Source of the DNA: Auanema rhodensis
Lineage: Eukaryota; Animalia; Nematoda
Assembly: GCA_964057225.1 (NCBI GenBank)
Contig: OZ059896.1
Coordinates: 14,322,001 to 14,386,000 of the forward strand
Direction: 5' to 3'
Length of the DNA: 64,000 nucleotides
This document shows positions 41,450 to 57,433 of this stretch, one piece after another. Numbering within the stretch: position 1 is the first letter of the stretch; every line of letters starts with the position of its first letter. The notes beneath the pieces are model-generated. The model did no database searches. It worked only from the letters and a program-made list of their open reading frames with translations, and had not been told where the DNA came from. A program made the position numbers and the translations under genes.

Positions 41450-43337
41450 ATGGAGCATCCAGAACTTCCCGATTCTCTCCCTATTCACAAACTTTCTCAT
41501 GATTTGATGTCTCAACTTTGTAATATTTTGGATGCTCATGATACTTGGGAAGAATTAAGTAATTTTAATAATCATCTTCCGAAATATGTTTCAATCTTAA
41601 GCTGGACGTATGCCGGAAATTTCCATGATTGATGTTGATGGTTGTAGACGATATAAAAACGAAGGGAGTCCTTCGTGGTATCTACTGAGAGTTTGGGGCA
41701 GTAAAGGTTATACTATAGCTGATTTATATATACTGTTTGCTCTCTCCAAACTGTTACGATGTATGAGAATAATTAGGGATCAAGGTAGCTATAATTAATA
41801 TTTCTGCCATTCATTTTAATTTTATAATTAGTTCCGGCAAAATATCACTATATCGAGCACGAGCTTAATCGTGACATATTACCAAGCAAGGTTTGTTGAC
41901 AAAAAATCTATAACTATAGTTTAAAAATAATATTTTATAGTCATCAAATAATTTTCCAAATGAATCTATGTGTCCAAGTGTTCCGTTTGGAATGGAAAGT
42001 CTTGAAGCAAAGTCTCCTTCTCCCTCTAAGTATATAGTTGTATTACATGGCAATTTTCTTTACTTCCTTTTAGTCCTGGCGATGACTCTCTATTACAAGC
42101 ATTACAAAACACTCTAACAGTATCTTATAATGAATTAGCAGTATGTGAAAGATATTTTTGGGTTTAGTTGAAATCTATATTCAGAGTGCTACCAGTAATT
42201 TTTCGAACGAAAATATTCTTGGAAAAGGGGGTTATGGTGTTGTTTATAAAGGTGAATGGAAACAAATGAACGTAGCGGTAAAACGTATAAATGCTACGAT
42301 TGATCGAGGATTCCGGGTATGTAATTTCTTTGACGAACTCTTTTACAATCACTTTTATAACAGTATGAAAAAGAACGAATTCGTCAAAGTCTGCAGGAAC
42401 TTCGTACCTTGGCGAAATATAGACATGACAACATTTTACCGTTATATGCATTTTGTTTGGAGGGTGACGAACCTTGCCTTGTCTATAAATTTATGGACAA
42501 TGGCTCTCTTGAAGACCGACTATTATGCCGGGTAAGCATGTTATTTTGAAAAAAAAAAAGATATATGATTATAGAGGGGAACAGCACCGTTAACCTGGCA
42601 ACAACGTTGGAATATAGCAGAAGGCACAGCTCGTGGTTTATTATACCTCCACACAACAGATAAAAATCCAATTATACATGGTGATGTTAAGTCAGCGAAC
42701 ATCCTACTTGACAAATATTTCGAACCGAAATTGGGAGATTTTGGTCTCAGTAGAGACGGTCAGGTAACGCGACGTTTAATTTTGTTTTCTAAAATGTTTG
42801 TATATCAGGTGGAAATAGCAAGTGATGAAAAATCTCCCCTGATAGCTTCTCATATTAAAGGGACTTTAGCTTATCTTCCGCCAGAGTTTATAACAAGCAA
42901 AATATTATCGACGAAACTTGATGTATATAGCTATGGAATAGTTTTATTAGAAATGGCAACAGGTTTGTGATATCTACAGTTCATGTTTTTAAGAAAAATG
43001 TTGAAGGATTACGAGCTTATGTTGAGCATAAAACTCCTCATATTCTATTAGATTATGTGTTTGATATTCAAGCAAATATTCGGAAGAGCAGAGGAAATAC
43101 AAGGGAAGAACTAAAACGAAGTCTCATGGATAAAAGACAATTTTGTCAATCTAGTCAAAGTAAAATAATATTCTAATCTCTTTTCAATTTCTTAAATATT
43201 CAGATAATGACACTCTATGCTTTCACGAATTATTAAAACTTGGTATGCTATGTTCTCAGAAGGAACGAACCGTACGACCTAATTTTGAAGAAGTTACAGC
43301 ATTGCTCTCAGAATTATTACCTCGATTTCAATCATAA
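41450..43337 (+). CDS. pik-1: Pelle/IRAK kinase with N-terminal death domain
   Basis: Death domain (LDAHDTWEEL..SPSWYLLRVWGSKG) and kinase motifs LGKGGYGVVYKG, HGDVKSANILLD, DFG and GTLAYLPPE. Confidence 0.93.
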
Positions 43338-43700
43338 TTGTAATGTATTTTGTATATATTATATATTCATAAAGAATATTTTATACTTCCTGCGATATTT
43401 ATAACACGGATTTCATTGCGTAATTGTATACAAAGGCTATAACATTTTATTGAAGTTATACAGAGAAAAAAGCACATAATTTAACTAAATTAGAATAATT
43501 ACGAGCTACAGAATAGGAAGAAAAAACTCATGTTCAAATATACAACCATTACATTTTCATTTACACGGCTGTTTGTTTCAAATTTTTGGTTCTTCTTTCG
43601 AGCAGTTTTTTTCTGATTTAAATTTCAACAAGTGTTAATAAGCACAAAGATCATTGTTATTTTTCTTTTTTAAGGATTACTAACTAGCATTTTTGGTATT

Positions 43701-46263
43701 ATGGGTAAGAAAAGAGCGAGAAGCTCATCCACAAATAATGTAGCTAGTGTTAAAAACAATACTCCACGAAACCCAGCTTCGTTTCCGACAATACAAAATG
43801 TTCCTACAATATCTCTTGTCAATGTTCCGAAAAAGAAAAATAAGAATACGTAAGAATTCAATTCTTTTCTATAATTCAAATATAATTTAGATTTTCTAAA
43901 ATTGTGGGATGTCGCGACAGATCTATGCATATTATGATTTTATTCCCTGGGGAAAAAAGATGCTTTTATGGAGCTACTATGGTTCAATGTATAGGTATTT
44001 GTGTGTTCTAGCTTTCCCTTTTCAATTTATCATGATTCAAGCTGGAGAAGCCACCATTGACGGCTATGAAATGAAGAATTCTTCCTATGATCCTCAAAAA
44101 ATGAATTTAGTTTGTTCTCCTCATCGGACAGGCAGGCCGGTACGTCTTTTAACAGGAAATCTAATTATTTTGGTTCTGTAGGTTCTTTTTGAAGCTACAT
44201 ATATGAAAGACAATGCGGCCAATTACAAGCATAATAGACTGCGCTACCGTCTTAGAGAAGTTCTTAAGACAACATTTTTAGCATTGGAATATGAGTTTTT
44301 AGCTAACACTTTTATATGAAGAAATCATGTCTGTTATCGGAGACCAACAACCGGCCGTATTTGTTCTGAGTAGTAAGATACCAGTAGCCGTAGAGTGTAT
44401 TCATAATCTAAATGAGGTATTTTAAAGTTTATCATCGAATTTTCCTTAGTCGGAAATTTATTTTCAGACTCTATTAGTTCCATATATAGCGAAACAGCAT
44501 TCTGAGCTCGAATATGGATGGTTTTTTCCAGTTAATTCTTGGAAAGTATATGATGATGAATCACTTAGAGATATTGATAGAAGTATAGATCTGATTACTA
44601 ATAAGAGATGTGAGTTTGTCTTAAATTAAACTTATTGTTTTTTCTTTATATTAGTGGAAGGGAAACGGTGTTCTGTCGTAGCTTGTGCCGAAAAAGGGTC
44701 AGGAAAGTCGTCTTTCTTACGATATTATGTTAACAGAAATTTGAAACCGTATGTTTTCAGTTAGTTTACAAACTTTTGTTAATGGTTTCGTTTAGAGAGT
44801 ATCCTTCTGTGTATTATCTCGATGTCGATGTTGGTCAAACCGAATTCACTCCACCTGGATGTCTTTCTCTTTGGAAGGTTACTGAGCCAATGCTTGGTAA
44901 GAATTTATATATTGGTTTTCCTTGCTTATTCAAACTCTTACAGGTATTCCATTTGCTCATCAGAAACCTTTTTTCAATGCCTGTTTATTTATCTCCTCTG
45001 TCACACCAGCTGAAGATTCTGAAAAGTATTTGGTATTGTTTATATTATTAATTTTATCTCAATTTCTTTCATTTAGAATGCTTTTGAACATCTTTTGAAT
45101 GAGTTTAATACAAAAAGTGAACCTGGCTCCTTACTTGTTATTAACACTATGGGATGGATTAAAGGTTTTGAAATTTCTTTGATTACATCGCTATGCTCTC
45201 TTTTTCAGGAAAAGGAGAAGAAATGTTGAATCATATCTTGCAACAAGCTAGGCCTGATTTAGCAGTTTTATTACCCAGTCATTCTGGGTATTTTAAAGTA
45301 AGTTTTTTCGATTTAATTTCTTACTTTTTTTTTCTACAAGGTCCCCAGCTTGGTGCCAAAAGTTTTGGTAGTTCGTCCAGTTTTTCCTGTTAATAGTTTT
45401 GTTGTTGATATGCTCAAGAATAACCAGTATGAAGATGTTAATTAGATATTCATATATTCATCTCCGAGTTTGCTTAGGGCCAGAACACAAAAGATGTTGA
45501 GAGGGAAAGAGATTCGAGACTTGAGCATAATTGCTTATCTCGCCTCAACAGTACCGAGATCAGTGCTTTCTTCTTTCTCTGAAGTTCTTCCTTATATTAT
45601 TCCATTCAAGTTTTTCATATTTCTTATTTGTTTGTATATTTAGAAATTGCAGAGATATTACTTTTGCTATTCCGGAAGATTTATCAAAGTTTAAAGATGA
45701 GGATTTCTTCGGTACCATCAATGTTCAAATTGTAGCTTTGTGTGTTCCTCTAAATGAGGATGATATGGTTAGCCTGGAAAAAGAGTTTATTTTAACTTCG
45801 TTGTTTTAATTTCAGAAAACAAGAAAACTTCTTGGACGAGAATATCTTCCTTCGATTTGGTTAACAACATCAGATACTCCACCCATGAAATGCTTAGGAT
45901 TCGGTAATTAAATCTTATACCGGGTTTTCTATTTTTCTTATTATCAAGGTTTTATCCGAGGAGTAGATCTAGCAAAGCGGAATATTTATGTATGTTCGCC
46001 TTTACCATCAGAGGAAATGCTTAAAGTTACTGTTCTTGCCCGGGGAGCCGGTATACCTGTCCCTATAGAATTTTTATCATCTCAGGTTTGAAGAGTATTT
46101 CACGTTCGCTATTACGTTTTTTTTCAAAATTTAGGTTCAAATGCATGTCCCCTACCTCACTATGCGATCACATTCAAACAGAAACAATCTTGTACACGAT
46201 TTATACAAGCCTTTACAGCAGAGACAGGGGTACAAGAGAGCATATTTTCCTTGTACGGAATAA
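43701..46263 (+). CDS. nol-9: Polynucleotide 5'-kinase NOL9/Grc3
   Basis: P-loop EKGSGKSSF, YLDVDVGQTEFTPPGCLSL, VINTMGWIKGKG and CLGFGFIRGVD. Confidence 0.9.
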
Positions 46264-46591
46264 ACTGTACATATAGCACCTTGTTGAGATTTATTGTTGA
46301 ACTTCATAATAAAATATCAAAACTTTTATTAACTTTAATTCATATATAAAACTTTGGTTGAACCACAAGATGGCGAACAAAATAATAAGCATTGGCTATG
46401 TACATTTTGATTTGTGGAGAATAAGAGAGTATAAACGGGAGAGGCAAGAAGCGACCAGTATGAAATTGAGCAAATCACTAAAAAAGCAAAGGCCGCCAGC
46501 GAGTTTAAGAGTATTTGAGACCTTTCGATATTATGCATTTTGCGTAAATACTCGAAATGAAGTAGCACCATTTGGTAGTAATCGAATCAGA

Positions 46592-49500
46592 TCAGGTTAT
46601 GATTAGCTTAAGAGAATTATAAAAATGACTATTTTTAGTTACAATTAGAATGTCTCCAATTGTCTTCATTGAAAATCTGAAAATTTAGTAAAAGAGGATA
46701 ACATTACTCAATATAATACCTAATGGTTCCTTTGTACCAATTATTTAAATATACTTTATGATAAGCAAGACCAAAACAGGCAGCCACATGTTCAAAATCA
46801 TTAGCATCTTCAAGAAGAATCACAAGAACACTGAAAAAACGTTTGAATAGATTTATATACACAAAATGAAAACCTTGATTTGAATTTTGAGCTTTTCCAA
46901 TTTTCACAAGAAATATTACTAAAAGTAACAACAGATGCTCGTTTTATGAGGGAAACAAGAGACAGATCATACGAGTCCTCAGACAATATAGCTGAGTCAA
47001 TATTAACTTCAGAACCACTGGAATAATAAAGAGTATTACAAAGAAACTATTTTTCAAACCTGGATATTCGTTTTCTACTAAAAAGTACAGGAAGTTCCCA
47101 CGTAACTGGATTAACGCTGGGGGGCTTCACCACAGTGACTCTTGACAGTTCTGGCGTGATAGCAGCAACATTTAAATCCCATTCATTTTGACTAGTACAA
47201 CAAGCTACAAATAGTATGATAATATTGAGAAAATGATATATAGTCGATACCTGGATTATTTCGAATTTTGCTCTCAAAACATGCTTTTGATAGAATATAT
47301 GAATAACTTGGGGATTGACTCGTTCTATAAACAACTGATGCTCGGCTAGAAGTATTGAAAAAACCTGTAAGAAGAGTGAACTTATCGAATTATTCTAAAA
47401 ATTATGATCACCATTTGGATTAAAAGTATTCACAACATCTATTTTTGAATCTTTTTCAAAAACCGTGATAAGCTGGGAAAGATATGATAGCCAGTCTTTC
47501 GACAGAATGACCTGAAATAAAACATTCTAGAAAAAAAGGATTGAACGGTATATACATCCTCAGTTATAACTACAACAGCAGGAGAAGCTGGGAATAAAGT
47601 AAGCGTTTCATCAATAGCAGATATTACCATATCTGAAAGTAACAAATATATAATTTCAAAATGAAAATTTTAAAAAACCATTATAGCCAGATGAACCATT
47701 AAAAGACAAGGCTTTTAAGTGAAATAATGAAGCTACATGAGCGTTCTCTAAGTATTCCTAAACAAAGATTAAAGCAACAACAAAATTGAATAGTGTACCT
47801 TATCATATGCTAATATTACCATATCCAAATTAAGATGTTGTTGAATTACCAGAGATTGTAATGTATCAAGTAAACTTGAAGTTGATAACCCTTGAAAAAG
47901 AATAATGTTCTTGAGAAGTTTTATAAAACCATTTTTAGTGATTAGACTAACGGGTGTTTAACTTGATGACCACGCACGTGTGTTTATATTTTCAGATGTA
48001 ATAATGCTTAGCACGGTTGTATACAAAACAACATTATTCGACTGATTTTGATGATTTTAAAAAAAGTAGTAAATACAAACCCGCAACAATCAAGATTGGA
48101 ATGTTGAACATAGGATGATCTAGATTCTTGGATAAAAATATTTCAGGAGGCAAAATAGGAATATCAATTTCATGTTCTAAACAATTAATAGAATTAAATA
48201 AGATGATCCAAGCTATATTAAACCTGCACAGAAATTGATATGATCATGCTTGGCGCAAAAGTGCCGTTTCGCTACATTTTTTGCCCTCTTTACTAATGAT
48301 TTTTGATTATTGAAGCCGGTCCATTTTTTCACTAAAACAGATTATTATTGAAATAAAAGAATTGAAACTTACATTTTAGTGGTAAACAAATCCATACTCG
48401 TACAGGCTTAGCCCAATTATTACCGGTAGGTACATTCAAATCCTCAAATGGTGTATAGGCTGAAATACCCTTTTGCCCAATAAAGTACCTGAAATCACCA
48501 TTAATAATTTTAAAATAGAATAACTAACCATGATGCCCTGAACTTTAATCGATGTATCATACTGGACCCCATTTCATAAAGAATATTACGTGCCATATCG
48601 GACAACCTGAATTAAATGAAAGATGAAAACGTATATACAGAGAAATTTACATGTTGGAAGCTTCATCGAAACTCACAGCAGCAACTATATCCCCGGTTGG
48701 GATAGTATCCAAAAATTCTTCTAAGGCTGACGATCCTAGAAAAATAATTTGAATATTAGGTACTTCTTTTCCAGAATTACCATCTTCATAGGTATCGAAA
48801 TGAGCAGCTGTTCGAACAATTCCTGTTCTGGAGTCGAGGGAAAGAATATTCAAACCTCTACCAGCGTCGTTCAAATCTTTATCAAAAATCATTCGATCAC
48901 CAACACATATTCGTGGAAAATCGTCTTTGTGTTCTCCGGAGAAAAGATGAATTGCTACCTCATCTACAAGGAAAAAAGTAATAAGACAAAGTAAAGAAAA
49001 ACACTAGCCAGTTCCACATTTTTTTGACATCCCACAATTTTCCGAGACATCTCCCAAAGTAACATTAGTATACATTTGAGATAATCCTGATAAATCTTTT
49101 CCAGATACTTTATAAATTCTATAAAAAAGTGAATAGTTGATTACAACTAATTCCTATGTACCTCTCAATCCGTATTTTGGTAATATTTTCAGTGAAAAGG
49201 TCACCTAACGGAATATCGAAGCAACCTTGGAGCACTTCTTCAGTTGTTGATGTGATTGGAATAATCTGTTCATGAGCAGCTTTCTTCAAGCCACGTTGAC
49301 CCACCAAAGTATAAGAATGCCCCTTTTGCCATTCCTTTACTTTAGTAGCACCATATAAAGCCAAAGTAGTCACCAGATTTGAAGTAACTTTATGTGCTAT
49401 GTCACCAGTAGATATACCGATAATCATAGTTGCTTCAGGCAACGAACTATAACAATAAAATAATATAGAGGACAAACCAATAAAATACAAACTTCAACCA

Positions 49501-49997
49501 ATTCACAGCAGGAGTGGTATCCGATAGATCAAAAGCTTGAGTTTCAAGAATATCTCCTGTGGTTCCATGTAGAGACGCAAAGTGAAGTCCATCCTCCAAT
49601 GATTCTCTGAATAATCTGTAAAGAATAAAACCTTATATTCAGGAATGGAATGAAAAAACTAACCGTATGTCATTCAAACAAGCAAAAGGGTGAATGTTGG
49701 AATGCTCTCCTTGAATTCTGAAGAGGAGTTTGGGTGCCGCACAACTGTGATCATAGAAGCACACATCTTCAACAAAAAAAAAACGAATAAATAAAATGAG
49801 CAATAACACAAACCTGGATTTATTCGTCTATCAAATAATTTTAAACTAGGAGTATTTACTTTTTTAACACCTGTAAATGAGAACTATTTATGATTTCATG
49901 AAGAAAATATCTAACCTGTAGAACGGAAGATATGAAATAGGAACAGTACACAGATTGCCACAGACGCAACTAGAACAAATCTTGGCCCCAACCTCAT
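46592..49997 (-). CDS. POMGNT1-like type II membrane protein with two ILEI/PANDER domains and a GT13-like domain
   Basis: N-terminal TM segment; GRGLNILSLD..FDTY..VAAVSFDEAS and LKFRASWYFIGQKG (ILEI); RHFCAKHDHINFC; GnT-I-like C-terminus. Confidence 0.75.
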
Positions 49998-50205
49998 AAT
50001 ACTAGCATATCTGAATAAACATAAATATGTAACTCATACAAATTTGGAAACATTTGAAAATATCACAACAGTTGGTAACTGGAGAAACCAAAGTACAACG
50101 ATGGAAGTAAATTTTTAAAATATATATTTCAAATTCAACAATTATTTAAAAAAAAAATTTTTTTTTCAATTCAATTAGTAATTTTGATTAAGTTTTTGGT
50201 GATAA

Positions 50206-52191
50206 TCACCACCCTCTTTTCATAGATTTCTCTCCCCAATCATTTCCTTCTTCGTTGCCATATCCTTGGTTTCTCTCATATCTCGGAGGTCGTCTGGAAC
50301 GATTGGCAGACTGCTGATACTGGTTCTGTTGAGGATATCTCATAGAGTTTTGATTATGGCGTTCCATTCGAGGTGAACCCACGTGTGGCTTCTGATGTCT
50401 CATATCTGCCTTCAAACATCATCGTAAGACTGAGAAAACAGAAGAACTTATACTTACACGTTGGATAGGTAATCTAGAAATCATATTACTGGATGTTAAC
50501 TTGGCAAGGACCATCTTATTATCTTTACGGTCACATATCATGATTTCGCCCTTGTTGTTCACATAGAAAGAACTAACATAGGGAACAGGAATGTCTACGT
50601 TAAGCCGTTGCAAAAAGTGGAGATTTCTATCAAATAGCTGAAAGAATTTAGATGGTATAGATAAAAGGTGTGTTGCTACCTGAAAAGTTCGACCACGTGC
50701 ATCTGCAACAATCACACAACCATCTCTGTCTAATTGAACTCCTGACACAAAAGCAAAGCCACCTTCTGGTTCCTGACCTTTCTAAGTTTCACAGATGAAG
50801 TAAACGAAAAGAAAAATGAAGAGATACGTTTAGACAAACATTGGTATGAGTTGCCACAATGTCAAAACTGATGTTATCTACATTAGTATCATCAAGTCTA
50901 CACATATATATCTTTTGTTGACCTTAACATGTAAATTAAATATATTATGAAATAACAGAAACAAACCAAGATCGGATATAACTAAGCGATCACCAACAGA
51001 ATGCATGAAAGATGGATTACAGTCCATGCTATTATCAAAAGTAAATGTGCCCAAACACTGAAAAAATAAGAAAAAAATTAAAAGAAAGTCACATAACTAC
51101 TTTGTTTTGTGCTGTAGCACTAAATATAATTATTTGAGCATTATATCGCTGCCTACGAATAGTGGCAACATTTCCTCCTATAGTTCTTCCAAGACCTGCA
51201 AAAACTATTGTTAGCCTATATTCTGTTAAACCTGCTTACCACGATATGTAAGTTTATCATCTGAAGAGTGAATGAAAGAACATTCACGGTTATTATAATT
51301 AAAAACTACGATGGCTTTCTTACAGAGAATAGCAATAGATTTTCCTGGTTCAAAGGAGCATACAGCTGATGGCAATTCGATAATACTCTCTACAGAAATT
51401 TCAAATGATGTTGGATACAAAATAATCTAAACAAACTGCTAATGAAACATATAAACTAGAAAATAAACAAACTCTATCATTAGCACTATCGGCTATAATC
51501 CATTCTTCTTTCAGTTCATCATAACAAACTCCAAGGGGAGCTTTGACCATTTTGAGAACTTCACTATTAGGAGGGTCGGGATAATCAGCAATCGATAAAT
51601 CTGAAAGAGAGAGTGAGAGTTGAAAATAATAAAAAGCTTACAAGGGGTAGCTTCTTCAACAAAAGATGAATATGATAAACGGAAAAAAGGATCTGTAGTG
51701 AGATTGTGGGTTTTGAAAGAGAGATCAGCATTATTTAGTACAGACACTGAGACTTCTTCGAATCTGAGAAAAAGTTTCAGAAGTGAAGATTGTATGGAAA
51801 CTTACGGCTTTTCCTGCTTTAAGATCTCATAGGAGAGCTTTTCTTTTTCATCAGAATCATCGATTTTCTTTGTATTTTCTGAAGATAGGAAAACATTGAA
51901 ATATGGAAACCAATGGCATACTTTTGTGTTCTGCAACACTTAGATTAGCAAGATGTGTAGCTTCATCTTCAATGGAACACGAAAAATCTGGTTTTACTGT
52001 TGTGGATGGCTGACTGACTACACATGCGAACGAAAAACAAATGAATATCTCGTAAAAGTAAACCCACTCATTCGCAATGTTTTATTCTTACTAAAGCCGA
52101 ATCCGAGTGTGGGCTTATGATTTTTATACGTGCTTCCTATATGACAGACTTGCATGGTCTTTCATCAAATTTGCTTACCTTGGTCAGACAT
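50206..52191 (-). CDS. NHL-repeat/beta-propeller protein with low-complexity Q/R-rich tail
   Basis: PSFMHSVGDRLVISDLG, FVSGVQLDRDGCVIVADARG and FYVNNKGEIMICDRKDNK; multi-exon. Confidence 0.65.
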
Positions 52192-52863
52192 GTTAAATCC
52201 TTTTTTCAAGGGAAAAGGGACAAATTACGGATTTACTTCAGAAAACTAAGAGCCTATTAAAAAATTGTAATGTATTCCGTTTTATACTGAGCACCCTCTG
52301 AAACAACAGTTCACATATTTAAAGAAATTTGAAAACCTACTCCTTTTTTGCTATATGGCTTTTCATATAATTTGATATAATTTGAATAGTTATTGCTTGA
52401 TTCTAGATTTATAAAAATAAATAGAACTAATATTAGAAATACAGCTATTAGTATTCCAAAATTTATGTTTAAATACAATTTGCGACAAGATCTCCCTATC
52501 TTACATGTCTTTTGCATATAATTTCATAATTAATTAGTAAATAATCTAGAAGAATAAGAATGGTTGACATAGCATAATCATTTAAGAGTATATTTCAATA
52601 TTTATATTTCATAATCTAATTGATTTACCCACAAAAAACTCGAAGCTACTAGTTCAGAATTGTAAATGCACCAAAAAGACGCCCGGGAGTACATACACGA
52701 AACTTACGTAAAGGCTTGTGAGTATGTGGCCCATTCCGACTGTGCATGCCGTCATGAAGCTTTTTTTAACATATAGTTATAATCTTTACTTGTTTTATTT
52801 TATTTATATTTTCTTTTTTCAGTATTTTAATTATTATTAAATTATGATTTTTTTAGTTGTTAA

Positions 52864-55146
<2,283 letters not shown>

Positions 55147-55405
55147 TATGCCCTATTAAAGTGTTATATTTATTAGTTTCCTTTTATTTTTTTGCTTCCT
55201 TTCGTATTTTGTATAATTATTTTCCTAGATTCTATTCCATTCTGAGTTCTATTGTTGTTTTACATTATTTATGAAATATTTGTACATACTTTTTGTTGGA
55301 ACTATAAAGGGATTCTTCGGCTAAAATTTTAAAAAGTTTCATGTTCTTACACGATTCATATCTATTAAATCGATATTAATATTTTCTATAACTCAGTTAA
55401 TAGGT

Positions 55406-56562
55406 ATGACTAGAACAAGATCCACAAAAAAGGAAATAGAAGATGATTGTGTAGAAAATGTAGATGAAATTACTGAGTCTAAAACTACTATTCCGTCGGA
55501 TGATTTATCTGTATCAATTAAGTTGGCTGTAGCGAACGGTAACTTCTATTCGAGCTGTTCAAGTTTCAATCGCCAATTTTGCCGCATTTCAGGTCAAAAT
55601 TTTGCGAACAGTAATATTGTTTCATTACCTCATCCCAGAAGTGGTAAACCAGCTTTATTTAGATTAGGTGAAGATTATTGTGATGAGGTTATATTGCTCA
55701 AACAATTTCTTTCAAAATAAAATATTGTTAGGTTCTTCAAGTAGATGATCCTCATCGTTCTCTATTCTTCGGAAATACAATTACAGGAGATGGAAGGATT
55801 ATTCTCTGCTCTCCATATCATCCATTGTTCATCGCTCTACCTTATTTATATACTAAAAAGGTATGGTATTTTTCAATATTCAAAATAATATTTCATATTA
55901 TTATAGGAAATGTTCTTGGAGGCGATCGACTTGTTTGCGGATGAGAATTTTCCAGCTCTAAATATGATTTTGTCCAACAAACAATTTAAAAATACTCTAG
56001 AAAAAGTTGCAGATGTTAAAGGTATTAATATTAAAGCTACTTTTATTATTTTAATTTATTAACGATGTCTGTGATACAACTGTTGTTCGATTCAATGAGG
56101 AGAAATGTATGAGTTGGATTAGCGGACGTTATCAAATCTTCTATACTTACTTCAAAGAATCAGGCGGGCTACATTCAAGTGTATTAGAAGATCGTAAGAA
56201 TATTTAAGCTTATTTTTCATGTTTTCCGTTTTTAGAAGATGCACTTTCTCGTTATGTTTTCACCGTTCTTTGTGAATATATTTCGGAGTCTATGTCTGCA
56301 AAAGTTAAAAATCATTTGAATATACCTGAGGCTCCTGAAGGCCAAACGCGGATGGAAACTGAAGCTCCAATTAAACGTAAGGCAGATGATGAATCTTTAC
56401 TTTTGATAGAAAAGCCCGCAAAGGTATGCAAGCTAGAACTTTTTAACAATTACTAACTTTATTTCATTTAAGAGACAAAAGGAATCTGTTGTGAAAAAGC
56501 AGCTGCAGCAAGCTAGTAAGGGAACCCGCAATATTAGTAGTTTCTTTGCAAAAAAAAATTAA
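55406..56562 (+). CDS. RNASEH2B: Ribonuclease H2 subunit B
   Basis: LPHPRSGKPALF, RSLFFGNTITGDG..PYHPLFIALPYL and C-terminal PIP box KGTRNISSFF. Confidence 0.88.
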
Positions 56563-56785
56563 CATTTTCTTGTGAAATTCGATTTTTTTTATATGATACC
56601 ATATCAAATAGATCTCTTTCTTTTACATGTGTATTATGTTTAATTATGGTTGTGTGTATGTGTGTCAATTCCGTTATCCCGATGAATAATTTGTAAATTT
56701 TGGATTATTTTGTTTCTGGTGTCTTATACCAATCTAATTACTTTTACTTATTCTGAATTTCATTTTTATATAAAATTTATTGTAG

Positions 56786-57262
56786 ATGTCGCGGTTAGCT
56801 GCTTCTAAAATTGCCCAATTTGGCAGAGGTATTGGGCAACCAACATCTTATGGTAAAAGAATGGACAGGTTAAGCTCTAGAATATTCTCTGATGTAGTTT
56901 TACCTACAGATTCTCGAAGTCAAAAAGTTTGTGTTGAAAAAATATTTTTTATCTGTTACTCATCTATATTTCCAGGTTGTAAGAGTTATGTCTATGGAGC
57001 CTTATGAACAGCGCGAACAGCTTTCTCCACAATATTATCCTAATCTTCCTATGTTCCACTATTTGACTAAAATGCTTCGATTACATGGAGTATTCTTTGA
57101 CGACCATGTTATATTTAGACAAGTACGATTGCATCTATCAGTATTTTGTAAAATCTTTCATTTATTTAGGTACAAGACGAACTAAAAATGATGAGAGGTA
57201 AAGTAGTCAGACCATCAATCGGTCAAGGTAAACGAGCTCAGCTTAGAGGTGGAAAAAAATAG
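56786..57262 (+). CDS. mrps-33: Mitochondrial ribosomal protein S33
   Basis: YGKRMDRLSSRIFSDV...YYP...LRLHGVFFDDH...MRGKVVRPSIGQGKRA. Confidence 0.93.
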
Positions 57263-57433
57263 TTATTTGTTAGCTTATTCGTTGATTTTAAATAGGATTT
57301 AATAAAAAAATTTTTTGAAACTCATTATTCTGTTTTATATATTTTTTAACAATACATAATATACGATTGTTATAACATATTTTATTTTGTTTTAAATACT
57401 AATATATCTCAGTTTCCTAGTAGGTAACCGCTC

